32,000 nt of DNA from Bermanella sp. (GCA_034111105.1 JAWUXY010000119.1:1-32000), one strand, 5' to 3'. Shown: positions 1 to 10,262, counted from the stretch's first letter. Numbers and translations: made by a program. Notes: a model not told the origin generated them from the sequence alone.

Positions 1-105
1 CTTAATGTTGCCGCAGGACGCTGGAGCTTTATGCTAACGATTAACAACCCACTGCAAGAAGGCGAAAACGCAGGTCATTTAATTATTCAAGACTGTACCC
101 AATAA
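1..105 (+). CDS. C-terminal end of a CDS entering from the left (hypothetical; ...LNVAAGRWSFMLTINNPLQEGENAGHLIIQDCTQ*)
   Basis: Frame +1 is open from base 1 to a TAA at 103-105 and reads as protein-like sequence. It is short, so support is limited. Confidence 0.45.
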   Translation, partial: LNVAAGRWSFMLTINNPLQEGENAGHLIIQDCTQ

Positions 106-568
106 ATTTTAATTATTGTGAGTGTTTAGCCGCTATTAAAATATTGTATTTTGATAGTGGCTCTTTTTATTGCAGCAATAAATCATGCCCCACAAGCAAA
201 TACTCTACCCTCCTATTTCCCGTCCTCTCACTAAAAAACCACATAAACCATTATTCTTACTAATACCCATTGCATGGCATATATCCCATGTTTTACAGAC
301 CAGAAAAATTAACACTCAACACTCCCATTTAAAATAGAAAAATAGGCGAATAAACCCATGTATTTTAAATCGACAGCTTATATGAAAATAGTCAGTCAAC
401 TATTATGCAATGTCAGATAAAATAGATATTAAACAGATGAAATAGCGTATTGCGTTATGTAGGGTATTTAGGATAAGAGCTAATGATTTTCACGCAAAAT
501 ACAATCATTACCTGTATTACACAGTCAGAAAGAAAGGGAAGAAAAAAGACAAGAAAAACCCAAATAAA

Positions 569-597
569 AAAGAGGAGCAAGCTCCTCTTTTTTATTT
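569..597 (-). terminator. Likely bidirectional intrinsic terminator
   Basis: AAAAAAGAGGAGCAAGCTCCTCTTTTTT inverted repeat with flanking A and T tracts, about 35 nt downstream of the minus-strand amylase stop at 630. Confidence 0.85.
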
Positions 598-629
598 TTT
601 ACATTTATTTAAAGGAAATGATTAACTGA

Positions 630-3600
630 TCATTCCGATATTAATATCACACCATTACTATGCGCATTAAACGTAACAGTCCCACCATTAACCACAGCCG
701 TATTGCCCGTATACGCATCCGGTAGTACCGTGCCACTACTAAACAAGCCCCCTGTATTAATCGTGGTTGCTCCATTAGCGTCCATCACCACTATCACTTT
801 ATCATTATCTTTAACACGGCTAAACGTATAAGGAGACGATTGGATTTGCTGATGAGAGCCTGCACCAATTGCTATATGATTAGCACGAAACGTACCCAGT
901 TTTTGCCAATGGGCAAGGAGACCTTCAGACACCGAATCCCAGTTCATATCTGAACGAGTCGGCTCATCCCAGTGCCAGTTATTGCCTTCTTGGCGTCCAG
1001 TTTCATCGCCATAAAAGATTTGTACACCACCTGGTGACATTAACAATGCATTACCCGCAAACATTAGGTTTACGCGATTGTACAACGCAGTATCATGGCT
1101 TGATATGTAACTTAGGGCATTAAAACTTGCATCGTTATTAATGGCTCCTGCATAGCTAGCATAAATTTTCTCTAAACTGGCCGTGTTTGTTGCATCATTT
1201 TGAAAGCAAAAATTAATAATAGAATCAAAACCATTATCAAAGTATTCACTTCTGCCAACACAATGAGCCCAGACTTCACCCGTCATCCAAAAGTCTAACG
1301 TCTGACCATCCGCTTGCGCCGCTGGGTTAACAGCCTGCCATTCTTTTAGCGCAGCGTTTGCCTGAATTTTCAACTCCTTCCAAACACTTAGGGGCACATG
1401 CTTAGCGGTGTCAACACGAAAACCATCTACGCCATACTCTCGCACCCAATCTGTCATCCATTTAATAAGATAATTCGCTGGCGTACGCATTAACCCTGTG
1501 TTGTTAAAAAACGTATTTAATTCAGTATTTTCTTGATTGAGGCGGCCTTCGTTTGTCCACTTGCGCTGCAATAACGGTGGTAAACCCACAGTATTATTAG
1601 CGTCGTTTTTAAAATCAGGCAAGCCAGCTAAACACATGGTAATGTCATTACCGCCATCGCAGTTTTCATAACCTGCCACGCCGCTTAAACGCATCCATTC
1701 ACTGCCCCACCAATTACGCCATGCACCTGCATCTCCTTTGTTTAAATAATTATTAAACGATGAAACATTTAGCCCCTCAGGGTTATTAGTGAAATACTCG
1801 TTTTGCCAACCTGATGCTGGCGAGCCAAAGCCTTGTTCGTTCATGTCGTACAAGGTTTCATAACCGGAATGATTCAAAACCACATCAAACACAATACGTA
1901 TGCCTTTACTATGAGCCGTATCAATAAACGTTTTTAGTTCATCTGACGTACCATAGTTGGCATCCACATTGGTAGGGTCCAGAAAATAGTAACCGTGATA
2001 GCCATAATGTTTGAATTGCTCGCCCGCCACATAACCATGGATTTGCTCAATAGGAGCAGAAATCCAAATGGCATTGACACCCAAATTAGTAAAATAACCT
2101 TCGTTGATTTTTTGAGTAAGGCCAGTTAAGTCTCCACCATGAAACGTACCTTCATCGGATTGTGAACCATTATAAACATTACCATTTTGATCTTTATTGC
2201 GACCATATTGGTTATCGTTACTGGTATCGCCATTTAAGAAGCGATCCGTTAATGTAAAATAAACCGTCGCGTTGTCCCAAGAGAACTGTGCTACTGGCGT
2301 TGGTTCGATTTTAGTATACGAATAACTCATGACGACGGATGTCGTGCCATCAGTTGCCCACACATTTAACGTCACACTGTCACCGACAGATAAATTCTCA
2401 CCAATGGTTATCACCTTACCAGTATTAAAGTCTTGGCCTAATGATGGGTCATCACTACCAAAGCTGTACTTGCCTGTGGTGACCGACTCGCCTGACGCTT
2501 GTAAAGTCACACTGATCCCATCTGTACTAAAGTTACTACTGCCAGGTAACGCGATAACTTCAAGCGCTTGTAACGGTACATCACAGTTATCGGTCCACGC
2601 CGCGCTCTCCATGAAAAAACAACCATCTTGCGAACGATTAAGATCAATCGTTTTATCACTGCCTGCATTATTAAAAATAATATTTGAAGAGTCTGCCGTC
2701 TTAAACGTATATTTAAACCAACCCTCACCTAAATGAGTCATCACATCGCCAGGCCACGGGGAATCCGCTTCAGAATTTTCTGGTAATGCATTCCAATGAT
2801 GAATTCTGGCATCCCAATCGGACCATGCTTTCAAATAAACCGAAAAGCCATCATTGTCATTGATCATTTTTGTGTAGGTATATATTTGTGTATCACTGCC
2901 TGCGTCATTGGCGGCGTACACTTGCAAGTCTTGGCTTGCGCCATTAGCTAATGCATCACCTAAGGTGATCACATCCCCATTATTAAAATCAATGCCTTGC
3001 GTCATAACATCGCCACTGCCAATCAAGTACTTAAGCGTTGTTAATGCATTGCCATCGACATTAAGGGCTATCGATAAACTGTTTGAATTAAAAGTAGTGC
3101 TAGATGGCATAACCATTATTTCAGGCACAACCGGATCAAGCATACAGTTGTTAGTCCAACCTAAATTAATATCGTAACAACCACTGCTATTACGGTTTAG
3201 GTCTACTGTTTTATTGCCATTGCAATCCATAAAAATAACATTAGCAGACGTCGCGCCCACCACATCAATAGAATAAAAACCGTTTATTTCGTTTAATTGT
3301 TCGGTGCACCATTGCGTATCGTTCATGGTACCCGCAGGTAATACATCCCAAACATGAACAAACACATTAGGCCAGTTGGCTGGCTTTTTAAACTTCAGCG
3401 TTAATACATCCGCTTGCGTCACCACCACAGCCGCACTACTGGATTTAGTCTCAAAACTTGCGTTGATAACGGTGCTGCCCTGCGCAACCCCTAATATGGC
3501 ACTGCCCGTTATAGATGCCACCTGCTGATTACTTGTGGTCAGTATTGCATCGCTTGTTACATCGAATTTACGGCCATTAGTGTAATGTGCTTCAACGCTG

Positions 3601-4265
3601 ATATTTTGGCTACTGCCCACCGTTAACGACACATTGGATGGCATGACTGTGATGCTGCTTAGAATTTTATCCGTGTCATCTACAACCTGTGTGACCATTT
3701 TTGTTACTGGGTCAAATCGAATAATATACGTGAGGTTATCATCAATGATGCGATCATCACTTGGGTATGATTCGCTCCAATGACCATTATCAATTCGATA
3801 ACGAGCACTGCTGTCTTCACCAGAAAACGTCTGGGTGCTGACGTAAACACCATTAACCTCGTCCCATGTCATTTCGCTGGCGGCCCAATTATTAGGCGTG
3901 CCTCTGAAATACCATTTCGCAATACTCTGTTCATCGCAATCAGCCACGTTTTGCACGTTAATATCATGAGTGCTTACATTAAAGTTGATTTGATAGCTGG
4001 CATGATCAACCACCACCCTATTACTACTAGGGTAACTTTCGCTCCAATCCCCTGTGCGATCTATTTTAAAAGATGCAACACTGCCTTCACCAGAAAAGGT
4101 TTGGCAAACACTGAGCACATTTGAATCGGTTGTAGTAGACAGCGCTAGCATTTGCCAACCATTGCTGGAACCCCGATAAAACCATTCTGCGCAAGCGCTT
4201 GACGATATCGTTAACAATATCATCAAAAATGCCAGAGATTGGCTGGATTTATTCATAAAAAACAT
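630..4265 (-). CDS. Secreted multidomain MalS-like GH13 alpha-amylase (signal peptide, two tandem WYFRG-type repeats, Big2-like domain, two starch-binding-like modules, chitobiase-C-like linker, catalytic domain)
   Basis: 1211-aa ORF with signal peptide (SLAFLMILLTISSSACA|EW). GH13 motifs: VYFTLTDRFLNGD, VFDVVLNHSGY, DGFRVDTAKHVPLSVW (nucleophile), WMTGEVWAH (acid/base), SYISSHD, VQIFYGDETGR, TRSDMNW. The catalytic part resembles E. coli MalS as I remember it. SD TAGGAG at 4275-4280. Confidence 0.93.
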   Translation of the reverse strand: MFFMNKSSQSLAFLMILLTISSSACAEWFYRGSSNGWQMLALSTTTDSNVLSVCQTFSGEGSVASFKIDRTGDWSESYPSSNRVVVDHASYQINFNVSTHDINVQNVADCDEQSIAKWYFRGTPNNWAASEMTWDEVNGVYVSTQTFSGEDSSARYRIDNGHWSESYPSDDRIIDDNLTYIIRFDPVTKMVTQVVDDTDKILSSITVMPSNVSLTVGSSQNISVEAHYTNGRKFDVTSDAILTTSNQQVASITGSAILGVAQGSTVINASFETKSSSAAVVVTQADVLTLKFKKPANWPNVFVHVWDVLPAGTMNDTQWCTEQLNEINGFYSIDVVGATSANVIFMDCNGNKTVDLNRNSSGCYDINLGWTNNCMLDPVVPEIMVMPSSTTFNSNSLSIALNVDGNALTTLKYLIGSGDVMTQGIDFNNGDVITLGDALANGASQDLQVYAANDAGSDTQIYTYTKMINDNDGFSVYLKAWSDWDARIHHWNALPENSEADSPWPGDVMTHLGEGWFKYTFKTADSSNIIFNNAGSDKTIDLNRSQDGCFFMESAAWTDNCDVPLQALEVIALPGSSNFSTDGISVTLQASGESVTTGKYSFGSDDPSLGQDFNTGKVITIGENLSVGDSVTLNVWATDGTTSVVMSYSYTKIEPTPVAQFSWDNATVYFTLTDRFLNGDTSNDNQYGRNKDQNGNVYNGSQSDEGTFHGGDLTGLTQKINEGYFTNLGVNAIWISAPIEQIHGYVAGEQFKHYGYHGYYFLDPTNVDANYGTSDELKTFIDTAHSKGIRIVFDVVLNHSGYETLYDMNEQGFGSPASGWQNEYFTNNPEGLNVSSFNNYLNKGDAGAWRNWWGSEWMRLSGVAGYENCDGGNDITMCLAGLPDFKNDANNTVGLPPLLQRKWTNEGRLNQENTELNTFFNNTGLMRTPANYLIKWMTDWVREYGVDGFRVDTAKHVPLSVWKELKIQANAALKEWQAVNPAAQADGQTLDFWMTGEVWAHCVGRSEYFDNGFDSIINFCFQNDATNTASLEKIYASYAGAINNDASFNALSYISSHDTALYNRVNLMFAGNALLMSPGGVQIFYGDETGRQEGNNWHWDEPTRSDMNWDSVSEGLLAHWQKLGTFRANHIAIGAGSHQQIQSSPYTFSRVKDNDKVIVVMDANGATTINTGGLFSSGTVLPDAYTGNTAVVNGGTVTFNAHSNGVILISE
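3675..4187 (-). repeat. Tandem protein-level duplication (two ~85-aa modules) at the amylase N-terminus
   Basis: WFYRGSSNGW...CQTFSGEGSVASFKIDRTGDWSESYPSSNRVV aligns with WYFRGTPNNW...TQTFSGEDSSARYRIDNGHWSESYPSDDRII at a period of about 90 aa. Confidence 0.85.
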
Positions 4266-4280
4266 AGTTGTTTTCTCCTA

Positions 4281-4294
4281 ATTATTTTTATTTT
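4281..4294 (-). promoter_or_regulatory. A-rich leader element AAAATAAAAATAAT upstream of the MalS-like amylase start
   Basis: Exact 14-mer (plus strand ATTATTTTTATTTT), 16-29 nt upstream of the ATG at 4265. The same element precedes malE, the lipoprotein amylase and, with one mismatch, the mini-enolase. Confidence 0.5.
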
Positions 4295-4655
4295 AACTTT
4301 TCACAAAAAAACAAGGGACGTCGTTCATTCAATATAAACACTTACTAATAGCGCATTAAGATATTCTCTCAGGTATCCTAAAAGTCGAGCCAAACAAGAG
4401 CGTTACTTACCTTTTAAACGGGTCTATTTCTACCTAATTGAATAACAACATACACACTTCATCAAAGTGAACGCGTCGCAAAAATTTAACAATATGAAAT
4501 TATTTTTTCGTCATCGGACTTCCTTATATTAGATTTTTGTTAACAGGCTTAAGCCAGCACATTGAATAATAAAACAAATATCTTTTATTATTTTTGCCAT
4601 CATATTTTTTATGACCAAAAAAAAACGCCATTTTATTTATTGCCTTCATAAAAAA

Positions 4656-4669
4656 TGTAATCGATTTCA
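4656..4669. promoter_or_regulatory. Candidate LacI-family operator TGTAATCGATTTCA
   Basis: One mismatch from the perfect palindrome TGTAATCGATTACA at 12197-12210. It lies in the intergenic region upstream of the MalS-like gene. Confidence 0.6.
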
Positions 4670-4895
4670 CAATAGTCATGTAACAGCGTTACAGCAAGGG
4701 TAAAAATAGGGTATTTACGGTCAATATCGGTAATATTTATGACATTATTGTCGGTAATAATTATGTTTGGCTGGTTTTATCGAAAAGGGAATACTGCTGA
4801 TTTAGGAAAGAACGGGGGATCAATAAAAAACAACATCCGTCAGCCCATCAAATGAAATTCAACAGGCTATTTATTAAATAAAGTGTTTAAATTTG

Positions 4896-5675
4896 CTACT
4901 CATTAACGGTTATTTTAGGCGACTTTAAGGTGTTTAAATTCGATAAATCTTCTAACTCTCGCACCATTAAACCGCCAAAATATACAATCGAAAATGGTGC
5001 TTTTGCATTTAAGGGGTTACAGATCTTTTTTTCAATAAACGTCCAATGTCGCTTTATTTTCGCATAAGATGCCGAATCGTGCTTAACTTGGGCCATATCT
5101 AATAACTTATGACGTACTTCATCACATGCTCGCGCAATAAACGCTTCTGAAAATAATTCAGACCGAGACGAGGCGAGTGCTCGCTCTGCATGCATCTCTA
5201 TAGATGCCATAACAATATCAATAACTTCAAAAGCGTTTGAGGTGCTTGCATCCATTTTTTGTATTGATGTTGATGTCGAAATTGCCCTATCGATCTTTTG
5301 CACTACATCAAAATAGATCTCATATCCTTTAGAGGTGGTAGCTGTGCCGGAGCTTTGGAAATACTGAATGGTTGGCATGCTTGATGACTGAGAAAACGCG
5401 TTCACGCTTGCCATTAACTCAACACCCAGCATACTTTCTATTTGTTTAGATTTAATTAACTGCTGAGTTAACGTTAAAACATGATCAAGATTCAACACCA
5501 TTTGATCATGAGCGCGTAAGTCGTGATCGACAATTAATGAATATGCATAAGTATTACGTACTTTAATCTTTAATTTTTGTAATTGATAGACAACCTCTAA
5601 TGAGTTTTTTTCGTATGAAAGACTACTATTAGCAGCCAAAAAAAAGCCAAAAATAAGAATAGTTTTCGCCGTCAT
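4896..5675 (-). CDS. Secreted, mostly helical protein of unknown function
   Basis: The supplied ORF extends to 5726 from a GTG. The internal ATG at 5675 begins a typical signal peptide (MTAKTILIFGFFLAANSSLSYEKN), so it is the likelier start. I recognised no family. Confidence 0.7.
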   Translation of the reverse strand: MTAKTILIFGFFLAANSSLSYEKNSLEVVYQLQKLKIKVRNTYAYSLIVDHDLRAHDQMVLNLDHVLTLTQQLIKSKQIESMLGVELMASVNAFSQSSSMPTIQYFQSSGTATTSKGYEIYFDVVQKIDRAISTSTSIQKMDASTSNAFEVIDIVMASIEMHAERALASSRSELFSEAFIARACDEVRHKLLDMAQVKHDSASYAKIKRHWTFIEKKICNPLNAKAPFSIVYFGGLMVRELEDLSNLNTLKSPKITVNE

Positions 5676-5885
5676 TAACACACTTAAACGAATATATGAT
5701 CGTATTATTATTGAAAAACACTGCACTTTGGCTTCCTCATTTTATTTTTATAATTTTCTAAAGGATTCTATCTATTTTTAATCATATATATCCGTACCAC
5801 TTAACAATAAAATTTTTTATTATTCATACACATTCGTAAAAAAACGGGTCTTTCATCATTAAATGGCTTTCTGCTTATGCATTAA

Positions 5886-7571
5886 TTAAAGTAACAAATG
5901 CCTTATATCGTTTAAGAGATTTGAAATATAAACCGTAAATCTTGCAGCTTCTGCACCATCAACCACTCGATGATCATACGTTAACGATAATGGCAGCATT
6001 AACCTTGGTAAAAAGGTTTGACTATTATAATCGTAAACCGGCTTCATACTTGAGCGAGATAATCCAAGAATGGCCACTTCAGGCGCATTCACAATCGGTG
6101 TAAATTGTGTCCCGCCAATCCCCCCTAAACTCGAAATACTAAAACAGCCCCCTTGCATGGCATCTAGTGGCAGTTTTTTCTCTCTGGCTGCTTTTGCAAG
6201 ATGAGCCGCTTCTTGGGCGATATCAACTACGGTTTTATGATTCACATTTTTAATCACAGGCACCATTAACCCTTGCGGAGTTTCAACTGCGATACCAATG
6301 TTAATGAATTTTTTAATAATCAATATTTTTCCATCAGGATCAATCGATGAATTAAATTGTGGGAATTTTTCTAATGCCTTCGCCACCGCTTTCACCACAA
6401 AAGCCAGCATTGTCACCTTGAAATCAATTTGTTTAGGTAACACTTCACGCCTGTAGTGTTCAAGATCCGTGATATCGGTTTCATCAAATTGCGTCACCAT
6501 CGGAATATGGCGCCAACTTCGACTCATGTTGCGCGCGGTGGCCTGCTTGATACGGTTTAGTGGTTGCTTTTCAATTGGACCGAACTGGCTAAAGTCGATG
6601 ACAGGCATTTTGTCTGCTTCAACCATCGCCGTTGCAGGTGTATTCAGTATTTCTTTAACATACGCTTTGATATCGTCTTTAGAGATACGCCCTTTGGATG
6701 ATGTCCCTTTAATCGCTTGTAACGATACCCCTATTTCTCGCGCTAAGCGGCGTACAGCAGGCCCTGCGTACACCGTTGTTTCGGTGTTTTCATTGGCATC
6801 ATTTACTGATGGCGTCGCTGGGTTTTGACGCGCGACTGCTAGCTCACTAGGCTCTGGGTTTTTCATGCTCAATGGCGTTAACGAGGATTCTGCCGCCGTG
6901 CTCTGATCGTGTGCAGGCTTTGTATCATGTGAAGATACGTGCGCGCCCATGGCCTGATCAAAGGTAGATTCAATGACCCCGATGACAGCACCTGTTTTAA
7001 CCTCATCCCCTTCGTTAATATCGAGACGCTTTAATGTACCTGAATACTGCGCTGGTATTTCCATCGTGCTTTTGTCGGACTCTAGCACGAGCATGGTTTC
7101 ATCTTTGGTGAGTGCATCACCTACCTTCACACTCACTTCAATAACCAATACACTGCCATCTGTCCCTAAGTCAGGCATCAAAACAGTTTGATCTTGTTGT
7201 TCTGATAACTGGGCACATGCTTTTTCAGCGACTAATAACGCTTGCTGTGCAAAGTTTTCGCCCTCTACACGATTCGCCGCACCGCTATCTTGGCTTACCT
7301 CAAGCATACTATGTGATTGGTCTGTGCTTAAACTGTCTTGTAACAGTTTCATCATTGGTGAGCCCGTCGCTACTTTATCGCCTACATTTAAAAGCAGTTC
7401 TTTGATCTGCCCTGCTCTAGGTGAAGGGATGTCCATGGTGGTTTTATCCGACTCAAGAACAATCATCGTTTGATCTTGTGTGACCTCTTCACCTACTTCT
7501 ACACTCACCTCAATTACTTCAACCTCTTCAGAGGCACCAATATCTGGAATATAAATCGTTTCAGAACTCAT
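5886..7571 (-). CDS. aceF: Pyruvate dehydrogenase E2, dihydrolipoyllysine-residue acetyltransferase, with two lipoyl domains
   Basis: 561 aa. Two lipoyl motifs (VLESDKTTMDIPSP, VLESDKSTMEIPAQ), a peripheral subunit-binding domain (AGPAVRRLAREIGVSLQAIKGTSSKGRISKDDIKAYV), and a catalytic domain ending in LPLSLTYDHRVVDGAEAARF. Confidence 0.96.
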   Translation of the reverse strand: MSSETIYIPDIGASEEVEVIEVSVEVGEEVTQDQTMIVLESDKTTMDIPSPRAGQIKELLLNVGDKVATGSPMMKLLQDSLSTDQSHSMLEVSQDSGAANRVEGENFAQQALLVAEKACAQLSEQQDQTVLMPDLGTDGSVLVIEVSVKVGDALTKDETMLVLESDKSTMEIPAQYSGTLKRLDINEGDEVKTGAVIGVIESTFDQAMGAHVSSHDTKPAHDQSTAAESSLTPLSMKNPEPSELAVARQNPATPSVNDANENTETTVYAGPAVRRLAREIGVSLQAIKGTSSKGRISKDDIKAYVKEILNTPATAMVEADKMPVIDFSQFGPIEKQPLNRIKQATARNMSRSWRHIPMVTQFDETDITDLEHYRREVLPKQIDFKVTMLAFVVKAVAKALEKFPQFNSSIDPDGKILIIKKFINIGIAVETPQGLMVPVIKNVNHKTVVDIAQEAAHLAKAAREKKLPLDAMQGGCFSISSLGGIGGTQFTPIVNAPEVAILGLSRSSMKPVYDYNSQTFLPRLMLPLSLTYDHRVVDGAEAARFTVYISNLLNDIRHLLL

Positions 7572-7580
7572 GGTTAACTC

Positions 7581-10262
7581 CTAGCGTAGTGTTGGATCAA
7601 TTTGATCAGGATTAATACCAAAGCGTTTTATGGCCTGTGCAACCATAGCCCGCTTGATCTTACCTTCATCCGCTAAAGACGTTAGCGCAGCTACACAAAT
7701 ATAGTGCCTATCGACTTCAAAGAAGCGACGTAATTTACTGCGCGTATCACTGCGACCGTAGCCATCTGTTCCTAACACCCGATATGTTTTAGCACCAACA
7801 AATTCACGTATTTGATCTGCGTAAATTTTCATGTAATCGGTGGCAGCAACAATTGGCCCTTCAGTTTGGCTAAAACGTTGTTCAACAAAACTTATTTTTT
7901 TAGTCTCGCTAGGGTGCAACATATTCCAACGCTCAGTGCTGAGTCCTTCTTTTCTAAGTTCGTTAAAACTGGTAACACTCCAAATATCAGCGCTTATATT
8001 AAAATCATTTAGTAATATTTTTTCAGCTTCAATCACTTCGCGTAAAATTGCACCCGAGCCTAATAATTGAACATGCAGATCTGATTTTTTTTCAGCTGTT
8101 TTAAATTGATACAGACCACGAATAATGTCTTCTTCGACATTCGTAGGCATGGCTGGTTGTGCGTAGTTTTCGTTCATTGCGGTAATATAATAAAAGACAT
8201 TATGTTGTTGCTCTAACATACGTTTGAGCCCATCCTGAATAATGACAGCCATCTCATACCCAAATGTAGGATCGTAACAAATGCAGTTGGGAATCGTGCT
8301 GGCTAAAATATGACTATGGCCATCTTGGTGTTGTAAGCCTTCGCCATTTAATGTGGTACGCCCAGATGTTGCACCAATTAAAAACCCGCGAGCTTGCGCA
8401 TCTCCTGCCGCCCATGACAAATCACCCACACGTTGAAAGCCAAACATAGAATAAAACGTATAAAACGGAATAAGTGTGCAGTTATTCGTGCTATAGGACG
8501 TCGCCGCGGCCAACCATGCTGAAAAAGCACCCGCTTCGTTAATGCCTTCTTCTAACATTTTTCCTTTTTTATCTTCGCGGTAATACATCACTTGGGCTGA
8601 ATCAACCGGATTGTATTTTTGACCTTGCGAAGAATAAATACCCAATTGACGAAACATGCCTTCCATACCAAATGTACGGGCCTCATCGGGTACAATCGGC
8701 ACCACTCGCTCACCGATATCTTTGTTCTTCGTCATCAAGCCTAATAGACGAACGAACACCATAGTGGTTGAGATTTCACGATTATCGGAACATTTCAAAA
8801 TGGGATCAAACAGCGACAATGGTGGTACGTTCAGCGTTTCACCGACGGCACGGCGCTGAGGTAAAAAACCTCCTAGCTCTTCACGTCGCTCTGTCATGTA
8901 TTTAATTTCAGGGCTATCGGGTGATGGCCGATAAAAGGATACTTTTTCTATTTGCTCGTCATTGAGTGGGATATCAAAACGGTCTCTAAAGGATCTTAAC
9001 GCCTCGACATCTAATTTTTTAACACTGTGAGTGGCATTTTGTGCTTCACCTGCGCTGCCAATACCATAACCTTTTACGGTATGCGCAAGAATAACCGTTG
9101 GTTGCCCTTTATGTGCAACCGCCGCGGCATATGCTGCGTATACTTTATACGGATCATGGCCACCTCGGTTTAATCGATAAATATCATCATCTGATAAATC
9201 TTCAACCAAGCTTAATAGCTCAGGGCTTGTACCAAAAAAGTGTTCACGGGTGTAAGCACCACCTTTTACTTTATAGTTTTGTACCTCACCATCGACCACT
9301 TCGTTCATGCGTTTTTGTAGCAAGCCTTTTGTGTCTCTTGCCAAAATAGGGTCCCAATGTCGACCCCACACAACTTTAATTACATTCCAACCTGCACCTC
9401 GAAACTGTCCTTCTAAATCTTGAATGATTTTACCATTACCACGCACAGGGCCATCTAATCGTTGTAAATTACAATTGACGACAAACAACAAATTATCCAA
9501 CTGCTCTCTGCCCGCAAGTGATATAGCGCCTAATGTTTCTGGTTCATCGGTTTCACCATCGCCAATAAACGCCCAAACTTTTCTATTTTTTCTTTCAACT
9601 AACTCACGCTTATCAAGATAGTTCATGATGTGCGCTTGATAAATAGCTTGAATCGGCCCTAGCCCCATAGATACAGTAGGGAATTGCCAATAATTAGGCA
9701 TCAGCCATGGGTGCGGATAAGACGATAAACCCTTGCCATCGACTTCTTGACGAAAATTTTCTAACTGGGTTTCATCTAAACGACCTTCTAAATATGAGCG
9801 CGCATAAATACCAGGGGAGATATGACCTTGGTAATAAATAAGGTCTCCCAATGGGTTATCTAGTTTCGTCTCATTTGGAGCCCTGAAAAAATAATTAAAA
9901 CCCACGTCATACAATGTGGCACTGGATGAAAAACTTGAAATATGACCACCTAAGTCGCCCTCTTTAGCATTCGCTCGCATCACCATAACCAGTGCATTCC
10001 AACGAATCAGTGATCGAATGCGACGCTCCATAAATAAGTTACCCGGCATGGATTTTTCTTCATTAACCGGAATAGTATTGCGAAATGCAGTGACATACGC
10101 ATAAGGCAAAGGTGAAGCATTGTTACTTGCATGTGCGGCTAACTGCTCAATAATACTGCGCGCACGCTCTGGACCTTGATATTGAATAATATTGCTTATG
10201 GCCTCTAGCCACTCTTGATCTTCTAAAAATTCTTGGTCTTCTGCTACAACTGATGTACTCAT
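7581..10262 (-). CDS. aceE: Pyruvate dehydrogenase E1 component (homodimeric type)
   Basis: 893 aa. Includes WRNRALVMVMRAN-like N-terminus (IRWNALVMVMRANAKEGDLGGHISSFSS), ThDP motif GDGETDEPE, QDGHSH and GTDGYGRSDTR. Confidence 0.97.
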   Translation of the reverse strand: MSTSVVAEDQEFLEDQEWLEAISNIIQYQGPERARSIIEQLAAHASNNASPLPYAYVTAFRNTIPVNEEKSMPGNLFMERRIRSLIRWNALVMVMRANAKEGDLGGHISSFSSSATLYDVGFNYFFRAPNETKLDNPLGDLIYYQGHISPGIYARSYLEGRLDETQLENFRQEVDGKGLSSYPHPWLMPNYWQFPTVSMGLGPIQAIYQAHIMNYLDKRELVERKNRKVWAFIGDGETDEPETLGAISLAGREQLDNLLFVVNCNLQRLDGPVRGNGKIIQDLEGQFRGAGWNVIKVVWGRHWDPILARDTKGLLQKRMNEVVDGEVQNYKVKGGAYTREHFFGTSPELLSLVEDLSDDDIYRLNRGGHDPYKVYAAYAAAVAHKGQPTVILAHTVKGYGIGSAGEAQNATHSVKKLDVEALRSFRDRFDIPLNDEQIEKVSFYRPSPDSPEIKYMTERREELGGFLPQRRAVGETLNVPPLSLFDPILKCSDNREISTTMVFVRLLGLMTKNKDIGERVVPIVPDEARTFGMEGMFRQLGIYSSQGQKYNPVDSAQVMYYREDKKGKMLEEGINEAGAFSAWLAAATSYSTNNCTLIPFYTFYSMFGFQRVGDLSWAAGDAQARGFLIGATSGRTTLNGEGLQHQDGHSHILASTIPNCICYDPTFGYEMAVIIQDGLKRMLEQQHNVFYYITAMNENYAQPAMPTNVEEDIIRGLYQFKTAEKKSDLHVQLLGSGAILREVIEAEKILLNDFNISADIWSVTSFNELRKEGLSTERWNMLHPSETKKISFVEQRFSQTEGPIVAATDYMKIYADQIREFVGAKTYRVLGTDGYGRSDTRSKLRRFFEVDRHYICVAALTSLADEGKIKRAMVAQAIKRFGINPDQIDPTLR

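Noticed and set aside
2329-2736. Plus-strand ORF of 135 aa inside the amylase gene, and similar plus-strand ORFs across the window (e.g. 6469-6828, 17123-17377, 20099-20434, 27177-27392, 30331-30558, 31604-31855)
   Set aside because: They are antisense shadows of well-supported minus-strand genes, and their translations show low-complexity or non-protein-like composition.
4185-4265. Possible lipobox in the MalS-like amylase (SSSAC)
   Set aside because: Position -3 is not a typical aliphatic residue, and the ACA|E site fits signal peptidase I better.
4753-4770. ATTATTGTCGGTAATAAT partial palindrome as a fifth operator
   Set aside because: It does not match the TGTAATCGATTACA pattern and is within reach of chance in AT-rich sequence.
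7840-8070. Overlapping plus-strand ORFs within aceE
   Set aside because: Fully antisense to conserved aceE coding sequence, with no recognisable product.
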